A stretch of DNA of 63,987 nt, filler included, from Sandaracinaceae bacterium (GCA_947483975.1; 8 parts of 8 records of this genome joined end to end with filler, not necessarily neighbours in it); one strand, 5' to 3'. Positions 22,065 through 30,249 are shown, numbered from the whole stretch's first letter. The notes: generated by a model from the letters alone, not told the origin. A program made the numbers and translations.

Positions 22065-22200
22065 CACCCGTACGGCAGTCGCGCCAACGTCCTCTGGATG
22101 CTCGACGAGGTCGGCGCCCCGTACGTGCTCTGCTTCGTCGTCGTTCGAGCCGGCGACGGACGCGCGGCGCCTGGCGCTGCTCGCCTACCACGGTGCGCGG
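22065..22200 (+). pseudogene. glutathione S-transferase N-terminal remnant
   Basis: HPYGSRANVLWMLDEVGAPYVL resembles the GST-N consensus (SRA..V.WMLEE.G.PY); no credible start or continuation. Confidence 0.5.
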
Positions 22201-22201
22201 A

Positions 22202-22672
22202 CTACTCGCTCGCGCCGCGACAGACGCGCCCGCCGCAGCGGGCGTTCTCGCAGGCGTCGGTCGCCATCCCCGGCGGACACACGTAGGCGCCGGGCCCGCG
22301 ACAGCCGCAGCGCAGGCCGGGTCCGCAGTCGGCGTCGGCCATGCACTCGCGGTCCGCGCAGCGCCAGCCGCCGCATGGGCAACCGCTGCAGCTCTGGGAG
22401 GCGCAGACCGGCACCTGGCCCAGCAGGCAAGGGGTGATTGGGGAGTACGCGGCTGTGCTCTGCTCGGTCGGAGCGGTCGTGACGGGCGAGGTGCTGGACT
22501 CAGGGCCGACGTGGCTTTGGCACGCTGAGGCGGCGAGCGCGCAGGCGACGAGTAGATTCAATACACGGGGCGGCGTGGGTGCGGCCCTCGCCGAGGCCGA
22601 CGCCGTGAGGCCGGGCTTGGAGTCGCGCCGTGGAGTTCGGCCGCACTGATTGCGTGTCGACGAGAGTGCCAT
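22202..22672 (-). CDS. small Cys-rich secreted/lipoprotein, hypothetical
   Basis: LLVACALAASAC lipobox-like segment followed by a Cys-rich domain; start uncertain. Confidence 0.45.
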   Translation of the reverse strand: MALSSTRNQCGRTPRRDSKPGLTASASARAAPTPPRVLNLLVACALAASACQSHVGPESSTSPVTTAPTEQSTAAYSPITPCLLGQVPVCASQSCSGCPCGGWRCADRECMADADCGPGLRCGCRGPGAYVCPPGMATDACENARCGGRVCRGASE

Positions 22673-22694
22673 TGAGCCGACTGCCTCCCTGCGC

Positions 22695-23273
22695 TCAGCC
22701 CGGCGCGAGCGCGGCGAGCATCCCGCCGAGGATCGACGCCGGATCGTGCTCGTCGAAGAAGTAGCGATATTGCGCGCGGTGCGCGTCGACGCGCTCGAGC
22801 ACGGTGCCGTCGGGCTTGAGGAAATAGGTGCGCGGCACATACGTGCCGTCGACGGCGTAGCGACCCGCGACGGCGGGCACTTGGTCGACGTTGACGCGCA
22901 CCATCACGAGGCGCTGCGCCTGCGCGACGATGCGCGGGTCGTCGAACACGTGCGCATAAGTGCGGCAGTGGGGGCACCAATCCGCGTGCAGGACGAGGCA
23001 GACGGGTTTGTTCTCGGCGCGAGCGCGCGCCATCCCGGCGTCGAAATCGAGCCAGCGGATCTCGTCGGCGTTCCAGTCTTCGCCCGTCGCCGCGCCCGGC
23101 GTCGGGGGAGCCTGCGGCGCCGCGACGGGCGCAGGCTGAGCGACCGGCGCGGGGCGCACCTCGGGGTCCGCGGGGCGTAGCTCGCCGGCGCCTCCAGAGG
23201 GCGAAATTGCTGGCGCATCGCAGGCGAGGAGGACGAAGAGCGCGGGCACGAGGAGCGAAGAAAGACGGCGCAT
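22695..23273 (-). CDS. thioredoxin-family lipoprotein
   Basis: Lipobox LLAC; IRW...ARAENKPV...HADWCPHC and YVPRTYF cis-Pro loop. Confidence 0.88.
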   Translation of the reverse strand: MRRLSSLLVPALFVLLACDAPAISPSGGAGELRPADPEVRPAPVAQPAPVAAPQAPPTPGAATGEDWNADEIRWLDFDAGMARARAENKPVCLVLHADWCPHCRTYAHVFDDPRIVAQAQRLVMVRVNVDQVPAVAGRYAVDGTYVPRTYFLKPDGTVLERVDAHRAQYRYFFDEHDPASILGGMLAALAPG

Positions 23274-23357
23274 CGGGAGCGCGTACCGTAGCAGGTGCGT
23301 GCCGTCGGTGCGGCGCTGGGCGGGGCCCGCTGGCCGTGCTGCTACAGTGTCGTCCCC

Positions 23358-24833
23358 ATGCAAGCCCATGCCGTCGCTGGTCGCAGTCCGCTGCTCTTGC
23401 TCTCGGCGACCGAGCTCGCGCGGCAGATCCGCTCGCGGAAGGTCAGCGCGCGGGAGGTCGTCGAGGCGCACCTCGCGCACGTCGAGCGCTTCGACCCGGC
23501 GCTCAACGCCTTCGTCGTCAAGCGTTTCACCGAGGCGCGACGAGAGGCGGACGCCGCCGATGCGCGCGTCGCAGCCGCGGGCGCGAGTGACGTGCTCCCG
23601 CCGCTGCTCGGCGTGCCGTTCAGCATCAAGGAGTCGATGGGCTTCGGCGGGCTGCCGCAGACGTCGGGCTTGGTCTCGAGGAAGCATCTGCTCGCGAAGG
23701 CCGACGCGACGACCGTGGCGCGATTGCGCGCGGCGGGCGCCATCGCGATCGGGCTGACCAACGTCTCCGAGCTGCTGATGTGGATGGAGGCCGACAATCG
23801 CGTCTACGGTCGCACGAGCTGCGCGTACGACGTCAAGCGCACGAGCGGAGGCTCCTCGGGAGGCGAGGGCGCGAGCGTCGGCGCGGGCGGCGCGCCGTTT
23901 GGGCTCGGCGCGGACGTCGGCGGCTCGATTCGGATTCCGGCGTTCTTCAACGGCGTATTCGGCCACAAGCCGACGGGCGGGCTCGTGCCGGGGACTGGCC
24001 AGTATCCGATCGGCGCAGGCGACGCGCTCCGTTACATGACGACGGGTCCGCTCGCGCGGCGCGCGGAGGATCTTGGCCCGCTGTTGCGGATTCTCGCGGG
24101 GCCCGATGGGCAGGACGAGCGCTGCGAGGCGATGGACTGGGGCGATGAGCGCAAGGTCGACGTCTCGAAGCTCGTGGTGTTCGACGTGCGTGAGCCCATC
24201 GTGATGGCGGCGAGCGACGACCTCGAGGCCGCGCGCGAGCAGGCGATCCAGACGCTCGCGCGGCGCGGCGCGCGCGTGAAGAAGCTCGCGCTGCCGAAGC
24301 TGCGCGAGGGGCTGCAGATCTGGTCGGCGATGCTCGAGGCGGCCGGCGGGCCGACGTTCGCGGAGCTGCTCGGCGACGGTCAGGCGGTGCGTGGCGGTCG
24401 GGAGCTCCTGCGCTGGGCGCTGCGCCGCTCGCCGCACACGCTGCCGGCGATTGGACTCGCGCTGCTCGAGAAGGTGCCGAAGCTGCTCGGCTCGAGCTCG
24501 GCGAAGTATGTGGAGCTCGGTCTTGCCCTGCGCGCGGAGCTCGACGAGGCGCTCGGCACCGATGGCGTGATGCCGTTCCCGCCGCACGCGCGGGTCGTGA
24601 CGCGGCACCGGCACGCGCTCTTGCCGCCGCTGCGCTGGGGCTACACCGCGATCTTCAACGTGATGGAGACGCCCGTCACCGCGGTTCCGATGGGGCTCGA
24701 CCGGCGCGGTGTGCCGCTCGGCGTACAGCTCGTCGGTGGGCGCGGGCACGACGCGCTGACCATCGCCGCCGCGCGCGTGCTCGAGGAGGCGCACGGGGGC
24801 TGGGTGCCGCCGCCGCTCTGGTTTCGCAGTTGA
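23358..24833 (+). CDS. amidase signature enzyme (fatty-acid amide hydrolase-like)
   Basis: GVPFSIKE, GGSSGGEG, GADVGGSIRIPAFFNG. Confidence 0.95.
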   Translation: MQAHAVAGRSPLLLLSATELARQIRSRKVSAREVVEAHLAHVERFDPALNAFVVKRFTEARREADAADARVAAAGASDVLPPLLGVPFSIKESMGFGGLPQTSGLVSRKHLLAKADATTVARLRAAGAIAIGLTNVSELLMWMEADNRVYGRTSCAYDVKRTSGGSSGGEGASVGAGGAPFGLGADVGGSIRIPAFFNGVFGHKPTGGLVPGTGQYPIGAGDALRYMTTGPLARRAEDLGPLLRILAGPDGQDERCEAMDWGDERKVDVSKLVVFDVREPIVMAASDDLEAAREQAIQTLARRGARVKKLALPKLREGLQIWSAMLEAAGGPTFAELLGDGQAVRGGRELLRWALRRSPHTLPAIGLALLEKVPKLLGSSSAKYVELGLALRAELDEALGTDGVMPFPPHARVVTRHRHALLPPLRWGYTAIFNVMETPVTAVPMGLDRRGVPLGVQLVGGRGHDALTIAAARVLEEAHGGWVPPPLWFRS

Positions 24834-24875
24834 GGCGTTGAACCCGCGCGCGACGCGGTACACTGCGCGCCTGCC

Positions 24876-25016
24876 ATGGGAACCTCCGACATCGTCGTCC
24901 TATCGATCTTCGGCGCCGTCTCGATCATCTTGCCGGTCGTCGCGATGATGATCGTCCGCGGCAAGCGCAAGCCCACCGGGGGCGCGGGCGTGCACAAGAA
25001 GCACCGGCGCAAGTGA
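24876..25016 (+). CDS. small single-TM protein (46 aa)
   Basis: MGTSDIVVLSIFGAVSIILPVVAMMIVRGKRKPTGGAGVHKKHRRK*; GC3-rich codons, TM plus basic tail; below the ORF-track cutoff. Confidence 0.65.
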   Translation: MGTSDIVVLSIFGAVSIILPVVAMMIVRGKRKPTGGAGVHKKHRRK

Positions 25017-25076
25017 GCGACGTCGGGCGCGCGCTCCGCTAGCGTCGTGCGCGATCTCCGGCCCACAATCCGGGCC

Positions 25077-25482
25077 ATGGGCGCTTCCCGCTTCGCTTTT
25101 CGCCTCGTCGCGGCGCTGCTCGTCGTGCCCGCGGCGGGCTGCCTCTCGAGCACGTACGTCATCCCGCGCGCAGACGCGCTCGCGCTGACGCAGCTCGCGC
25201 CCGAGCGGCGCGGCGACTCCGTGCGCGTCGTGCAGGATATCTTCGCCGAGACGCCTGAACGCGCACCGAGCGTGAGCGGCTCGACGCAGCTCGACCTCAC
25301 GCCGCGCGTCTACGTCTTCGGCGGGGTGGGCGGCGGTGGTTCGGTAGGCGGGAGCGCCGTCGGCGGTGGCACCGTCGCGGTCGCGTCTCCCGGCGGCGGA
25401 GGGACGGTCGGAGTGACGCCTGGGGGCGGCACGGTCGGAGCGGCGCCGACGGCGGGGACGGTGGGCGCGACGCCGGCGCCGG
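25077..25482 (+). CDS. lipoprotein, hypothetical (3' truncated)
   Basis: Signal ending AAGC; Gly/Thr-rich repeats up to the gap. Confidence 0.6.
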
Positions 25483-25695
25483 NNNNNNNNNNNNNNNNNN
25501 NNNNNNNNNNNNNNNNNNNNNNNNNNTTAATTAATTAANNNNNNNNNNNNNNNNNNNNNNNNNNNNNNNNNNNNNNNNNNNNACGAACCAGGCCAATCCC
25601 GACTGGTCGTGCTCGCCGTCCGGGGCGGCCCGCGAAGTCGCGGACCACGGCTGTAGAGGGTTTGGTGAGCGGGTGGTGTTTGCTCTGGGAGCGCG

Positions 25696-26125
25696 CTCAA
25701 GCACCTTCAGCGGATCGAGGGCGGGCAGAACCTCACGCTGCTCTCGCTGGAGCGCATCGCCTGGGCGCCGACCGGCGGCGGGGAGCTTCCTCGCGCGCAT
25801 CGTGGGGGCGGTGCTCGAGCCGAGCTTTCCCGACGGGGCGTGGGCGCTCTTTCGGACGCCCGCGTCGACTCCCCTGCTCGGGCACGTGGTGCTGCTGGCG
25901 CGCGGCGTGGGCGACGACGAGCGCGAGGCGTTCCTGCTGAAGAAGATCACCGCCGTGCGGCGCCTCCGAGGTGGGGGCTACTCCGTGACGCTCGCGTCCT
26001 TCAACCCCGCGTATCCGCCGTTCGACCTGCGCATCGCAGACCTGGCCGACCTGCGCGCCGTCGCCGACGTGGTTGGCCTCGTTGCGCAGAGCCGAGCGGC
26101 GCCGCGCTCGAACCAGACGCACTGA
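25696..26125 (+). pseudogene. degenerate XRE-HTH / S24 peptidase (CI/LexA-like) regulator
   Basis: One frame reads LKHLQRIEGGQNLTLLSLERIAWA (HTH_3 C-terminal half); another reads FLARIVGAVLEPSFPDGAWALFR...LLKK...LASFNPAY (S24-like). The frames do not join. Confidence 0.55.
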
Positions 26126-26211
26126 GAGTCGCCGGCTCTGCCTGGCGCGCGCGCCCCGCGAGCGTGCGACCCGCGCTGTTGGACGAGGCGACGTAGCCGG
26201 GCGCTCCGTGG

Positions 26212-26240
26212 TTGGCGCTCGATTCCCACCCGAGTATGAT
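26212..26240 (+). promoter_or_regulatory. putative sigma70 promoter of the TA operon (leaderless)
   Basis: TTGGCG-17 nt-TATGAT, ATG 6 nt downstream, no SD. Confidence 0.5.
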
Positions 26241-26246
26241 TCGGCG

Positions 26247-26513
26247 ATGCGCAGCCCCGCGAAGAAGCCGCCGGTCCCGCTTGTGCTCGCGTCGACGGTG
26301 ACGAAGCTTTCGGTCAGCGTGCCGGTGCAGCTGGCTGCGGACGTGAAGGCGTACACGGGCGGGCGGGGGCTCTCGGCCTTCGTGGCGCGCGCGTTGACGC
26401 ACGAGCTCGAGCGCGAGCGGCTCGCGGGCTACCTCGGCGAGCTGGATCGGAAGTTCGGGCCGGTGCCGGACGCTCTGCTCGACGAGACGCGGCGGGCATG
26501 GCGGGGGCGCTGA
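26247..26513 (+). CDS. VapB-like antitoxin (ribbon-helix-helix)
   Basis: TKLSVSVP..L..VK.....GLSAFVARAL..ELERERL..YL.ELD..FGPVP; overlaps the downstream PIN gene. Confidence 0.8.
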   Translation: MRSPAKKPPVPLVLASTVTKLSVSVPVQLAADVKAYTGGRGLSAFVARALTHELERERLAGYLGELDRKFGPVPDALLDETRRAWRGR

Positions 26514-26914
26514 TCCTCGACAGCGAGGCGCTGCACGCGCTGGCCTTCGCCGGCGAGCGGGCGGCGCTCGCGCGGCGTGCCCGGGCGGTCTTGCGGGTCG
26601 CGCTCGAGGAGAACGCCCTCGTGCGCGTGCCTGCGCCCGTCCTCGCGGAGGTCGCCCGCGGCCCGCGTCGAAGCGCCGCCGTTCAGCGGGTCGTACATGG
26701 CCGAGGCATCGAGGTCATCGCGCTCGATGCGTCGATGGCGAGAGCCGCCGGCGCGCTGCTCGAGAAAGCACAGCTCTCCTCGGCGCACGCCGTGGACGCG
26801 TTCGTCGTAGCGACCGCCATGGCCTTTGGCAGCGCGGTGATCGCGACCGGCGACCCGCGCGACCTCACGACCCTCGCGGCGGGCCAGCGACGCGTCCGAA
26901 TCCTGGCGCTGTAG
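26498..26914 (+). CDS. PIN-domain toxin (VapC-like)
   Basis: LILDSEAL, VLAEV, VDAFVVATA, TGDPRDL acidic motifs; 138 aa. Confidence 0.9.
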   Translation: MAGALILDSEALHALAFAGERAALARRARAVLRVALEENALVRVPAPVLAEVARGPRRSAAVQRVVHGRGIEVIALDASMARAAGALLEKAQLSSAHAVDAFVVATAMAFGSAVIATGDPRDLTTLAAGQRRVRILAL

Positions 26915-27191
26915 GACGCCCGTTCCCAATCACTATTGGCTCCCTCCTCGACGGTCAGCGCCACCGCCAAGCCACCGTTGAACTCCGTTTCGGGGTCGTC
27001 GCGACCCGCCAGCGGAGAGCGACCTCGGTCGGAACCGCGCGTCGTCCGTTCAACCCCCAAAACATCGAGAAAACGGGCGCGGCGGACTCCTCTCCCCAGC
27101 CCTCTCCTAGCAGGCGAGGGTACCTCGCGCAGCCCGTATGGCGAGGGTGAGGCGCGAGGGTGAGGTACACGCGCGCTTCACTTCTACCCCC

Positions 27192-27218
27192 AGGTGAGGC
27201 GCCTTCGGCGCCTCACCT
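27192..27218 (-). promoter_or_regulatory. perfect hairpin downstream of VR2 (DGR target-recognition hairpin and/or terminator)
   Basis: Minus strand AGGTGAGGCGCC-GAA-GGCGCCTCACCT: 12-bp stem, GAA triloop. Confidence 0.7.
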
Positions 27219-27234
27219 TCAAGACCAAAGACAA

Positions 27235-27263
27235 GTCAAAGGGTCAAAATGTCAAGTAGTCAA
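27235..27263. repeat. 8-nt periodic GTCAA tandem repeat downstream of VR2
   Basis: GTCAA at 27235, 27243, 27251, 27259. Confidence 0.85.
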
Positions 27264-27268
27264 CCCCG

Positions 27269-27379
27269 TCCCTAACGCACGCAGCGCGCGCGGTAGTTGA
27301 GCGTCACGTCGTTGAGGAACGCGGGGCCGACGCTGAAGTGGACGCCCCACCCGTAGGACGGCGAACCGGCAACAGAGGA
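27269..27379 (-). repeat. DGR variable repeat VR2
   Basis: Colinear with TR 29495-29605; 16 mismatches, all at TR adenines (coding strand). Confidence 0.97.
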
Positions 27380-27730
27380 TGACGACCAGAATTCCTCCAC
27401 CGGTGTGCTCGGGAAGTACGCCGTGTCGATCGCCGGAGCCGAGACCGTCTCATCCACGAGCGTCTGCAGCTCGGCGACGGTCGGCAGCCGCCAGCCGCCG
27501 CCGCTCGGCACGGTCAGCGTCGAGCAATACGTGGCGGACGCTGCCTGGCTCTGGGTCGAAGGCGAGAAGCCTTGCTGCCAGACCAGCCCCGTCAGGTTGT
27601 CGCGCACAGTGCCGTCTCCGACGTCGGTGAAGTGCCCCGCCGGCGCGGCGGCGCGCGCGCTCAGCGCGAGCATCCCGTGCGCTCCACAACCCACCACGAC
27701 GAGCACCACCGCCATCCTCCGCTTGTTCAT
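27272..27730 (-). CDS. DGR target protein 2: secreted DUF1566/Lcl-type (CLec fold) protein
   Basis: ATG overlaps the RT stop (ATGA), SD GGAGG; signal peptide; GDGTVRDNLTGLVWQ, WRLPTVAEL, FWSSS, RARCVR; VR2 at the C-terminus. Confidence 0.93.
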   Translation of the reverse strand: MNKRRMAVVLVVVGCGAHGMLALSARAAAPAGHFTDVGDGTVRDNLTGLVWQQGFSPSTQSQAASATYCSTLTVPSGGGWRLPTVAELQTLVDETVSAPAIDTAYFPSTPVEEFWSSSSVAGSPSYGWGVHFSVGPAFLNDVTLNYRARCVR

Positions 27731-29484
27731 GTCTCTGCCTCCGTGTTGGACTTGCTCACGCCGCGGACATCCGTCGGCGTTATTACCCATCTGAGCGTGC
27801 GAACCTTCACTGCGCCCGCCGCGCGGGGCTCTTCGAGCGCTATGCCCACGCGCAGCCCGCGCGCGACCAGCGAAGAGACGAGGCTCGCGGCGCGCCGCCA
27901 AGGGACGCCAGCCACTCGCCGCCGATCAACTCGCACGACCGTCAGCCCGGCGCGCTTGGCTTGGTGCAGCGGCACCTCCGCGAAGCGGCCGACCTTCAAC
28001 ACCAACACCGCACCTCGAAGCCCCTCGCTCAGCGTCCTTTGTTGAGAGACGAGCGACTCGTGTAGTCGCTCACGCCCGAAGCGACGCGTGCATAATCCCG
28101 CGCTGACCGAGACGAGCGCGGCCGCCGCGCCTGCATCCTGTGGGAGACGCTGCGAGAGCCGGTGCGCGTCGGCGTGACAAAAGTGCCCCTCGTAGCTCGC
28201 CCAGCTCGCGCGGACTTGCTCGGCGAGCCTGTGATCGACGAACAGGACCTGCGCGGACCCCCGCACACGACCAAGACCAGGCAGATGAAGCCGAGCGTTT
28301 GGGGCGAGGTCGTCTTGCCGCGCTCTCGCGGCGAAGCGCTGAAGCGCGTGTCGGCAGGCGAGCACGACGCGGCGTCTCGGCAATACGTAGTGAGGGCGGG
28401 TGATGTAGCCGACGAAGTCCACGCCGTCGGAGGCGGGTTTTAAACCCGCCCTCCACGATGAACCCAGGGCAGGTTTGAAACCTGCCACTACATCACGCGA
28501 TGAGCCATCACGGTCGAACACCACGGACAACGACGGACCCGTAGGGGCGGGTTTCAAACCCGCCCGCCTTACAGGGGAAACCTGACTATCACCCTCGGGC
28601 AAAAGGGGAGGCGCGGGCCGAGCGGGAGGCGGATGCACGGCGAGGTGCAAACTCTCTCGCAGAAAGTCCTCGATGCGGCCGCGCCACTCGGCGAGGCGGG
28701 CCGGATCGCGGTGGATGAGGATGAAGTCATCGACATAGCGAACATAGTGCTGGGCGCCGAGGCCGCGCTTGATGAAGAGGTCGAGGGGATGCAGGTAGAC
28801 GTTCGCGAAGAACTGGCTCGTCAGGTTTCCCACGGGGATGCCGAAGCCGGGGCCTTTGCCGCCGAGGCGCTTGTGTGGCGGGATTTTGCGCTGCAGGTGC
28901 TTGGGCGAGAGCTGCCGCGCGCCTTGGGTCGGATCATGCCGGACGACGACCTCGACGAGCTGCGCGACGCTGAGCGCGGAGGGGGCGGGATCGAGCAGCG
29001 GCAGTCCCCTCAAGGACGGTCGGAGGCGCGTCAACAAGATGCTCTTGTCGATGCTCGCGAAGAACGACTTGATGTCGAGCTGAAGCACGTACGCGCGCAC
29101 CTGGCCGTGCCGCGTGCAGGACCAGAGGGCGTCCTGCACGGCGGCCGCGGCGGCGTGCGTGCCCTTGCCTGCACGACACGCGAACGACGAAGGCAAGAAG
29201 CGACGCTCCCAGACAGGCTCGAGCAGGTCATGAAGCAGGTGGTGGACCACGCGATCTCGGTAGGCGGCGACGTGAACTTCTCGGTACTTCGGGCGCTCAG
29301 TAATGAACACCCGAGACGGCTCGGGGACGTAGGTCCCCGAGCGGATGCGCTGGGCGAGGCCAAGCAGCTCCTCGCCTTCCCGCAGGCGAAACGCGATCGC
29401 ATCCGCTCGCCCGCGCTTGCCCCGCGCACAGGAGCGCGCGGCAAGCTCGAGTCGAGACAGCAGCGTCGGCGCTCTCTCGCTCAC
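27727..29484 (-). CDS. DGR reverse transcriptase with C-terminal MutS-I-like extension
   Basis: RDRVVHH, LQLDIKSFFASID, GIPVGNLTSQFFANVYL (DGR-type SQ), YVRYVDD, GVDFVGY, SYEGHFCHAD; directly downstream of TR. Confidence 0.96.
   Translation of the reverse strand: MSERAPTLLSRLELAARSCARGKRGRADAIAFRLREGEELLGLAQRIRSGTYVPEPSRVFITERPKYREVHVAAYRDRVVHHLLHDLLEPVWERRFLPSSFACRAGKGTHAAAAAVQDALWSCTRHGQVRAYVLQLDIKSFFASIDKSILLTRLRPSLRGLPLLDPAPSALSVAQLVEVVVRHDPTQGARQLSPKHLQRKIPPHKRLGGKGPGFGIPVGNLTSQFFANVYLHPLDLFIKRGLGAQHYVRYVDDFILIHRDPARLAEWRGRIEDFLRESLHLAVHPPPARPAPPLLPEGDSQVSPVRRAGLKPAPTGPSLSVVFDRDGSSRDVVAGFKPALGSSWRAGLKPASDGVDFVGYITRPHYVLPRRRVVLACRHALQRFAARARQDDLAPNARLHLPGLGRVRGSAQVLFVDHRLAEQVRASWASYEGHFCHADAHRLSQRLPQDAGAAAALVSVSAGLCTRRFGRERLHESLVSQQRTLSEGLRGAVLVLKVGRFAEVPLHQAKRAGLTVVRVDRRRVAGVPWRRAASLVSSLVARGLRVGIALEEPRAAGAVKVRTLRWVITPTDVRGVSKSNTEAET
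28432..28565. repeat. cluster of three REP-like palindromes inside the RT gene
   Basis: GGCGGGTTT-T-AAACCCGCC (28432-28450), GGCAGGTTT-G-AAACCTGCC (28468-28486), GTAG-GGGCGGGTTT-C-AAACCCGCCC (28541-28565); each has a GTAG/GTGG foot on one strand. Confidence 0.85.
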
Positions 29485-29494
29485 GCTCGCCCCA

Positions 29495-29605
29495 TCCCTA
29501 ACGCACGCAGCGCGCGCGGTTGTTGTTCGTCACGTCGTTGTTGTTCGCGTTGCCGTTGTTGAAGTTGACGTTCCACCCGTTGGACGGCGAACCGGCAACA
29601 GAGGA
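29495..29605 (-). ncRNA. DGR template repeat (TR)
   Basis: Lies between avd and RT; 12 AAC codons (reads SNGWNVNFNNGNANNNDVTNNNRARCVR*); matches both VRs except at adenines (plus one 3-nt insertion in VR1). Confidence 0.97.
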
Positions 29606-29815
29606 CCTCTCGATCGAGCGCTTGCGCTCGGCCGCGGAAGGACTCGACGCGGGCTGCGCGAGGAGACGTCCTTGGCCGACTGCCCTCGTGGGCCGCCGAA
29701 GGGCGCGGCAGGCACGAGAGCGCCTTTGTATGCCTGCGGATGCCCGTCCGCAGGCGGCTCGATCGCACGGGGAGTCTGGCACACCCGAGCTCGAGGACGT
29801 GGGCTTGCGCCTGCG

Positions 29816-30196
29816 TCATCGGCTCGGCTCCGGCCGCTGCTGGTGCAGCTTGTTGTCGTGAGCACGCCACGCTTCCGCCTGCCGCGCGAAATTCACCACC
29901 TGCTCCATGACCTGCGCGTATTGCTGGAACGATGAGAACGCTTGCAGCTCCTTTCCGGTCTGAACGAGGAGCTTCAGCTCCTCTGTGCGGCCACAGAGCC
30001 GCGGGAGCGCCGCCACCCGAGTGGCCTTGGTGTTCGCGCGCTGTACCCACACGAGCGCGTCGAGCGACACCTCGCGCAAGCGCTGACCCAGCGTGTACTT
30101 GTGGTGCCGCGGAAAGACGCGCACGACCCGGTCGATGAGGACGACCGAGTCCATCGCAGCGCGGTAAATGGGGAGGCCTTCGTAGTAGCTGTTCAT
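29816..30196 (-). CDS. avd: DGR accessory variability determinant (Avd, four-helix bundle)
   Basis: 126 aa, LPIY...FPRHHKYTLGQRLR...EELKLL...RQAEAW; canonical position upstream of TR. Confidence 0.9.
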   Translation of the reverse strand: MNSYYEGLPIYRAAMDSVVLIDRVVRVFPRHHKYTLGQRLREVSLDALVWVQRANTKATRVAALPRLCGRTEELKLLVQTGKELQAFSSFQQYAQVMEQVVNFARQAEAWRAHDNKLHQQRPEPSR

Positions 30197-30197
30197 C

Positions 30198-30244
30198 GTC
30201 AGACGTCAGAAAGTTGTCGAAAGGTCAGAAGGTCGAGAAATCAA
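30198..30244. repeat. 8-nt periodic GTC(A/G) repeat between VR1 and avd
   Basis: Units at 30216, 30224, 30232, 30240 (last is ATCAA), plus GTCAGA at 30198 and 30205. Confidence 0.75.
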
Positions 30245-30249
30245 CCCCG

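Noticed and set aside
22695..24863. 722-aa ORF as a large thioredoxin fusion
   Set aside because: Its N-terminal 530 aa are the antisense of the amidase; the real start is 23273
26930..26990. TGGCTCCC as a tRNA 3' end or att site
   Set aside because: No T-loop (GTTCGA) or cloverleaf; no tRNA or rRNA could be supported anywhere in the window
27087..27165. CCTCTCCCCAGCCCTCTCC / GCGAGGGTGAGG x2 repeats
   Set aside because: Looks like a degenerate extragenic palindromic repeat; too imperfect to assign or to link to the DGR
27727..29484. Group II intron or retron RT
   Set aside because: SQ motif, adjacent avd and the A-specific TR/VR pairs identify a DGR; no intron maturase/HNH region or retron VTG motif seen
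29498..29782. 94-aa Asn-rich ORF ending RARCVR as a third target gene
   Set aside because: It is the TR read in the VR frame; no signal peptide or DUF1566 N-terminal part
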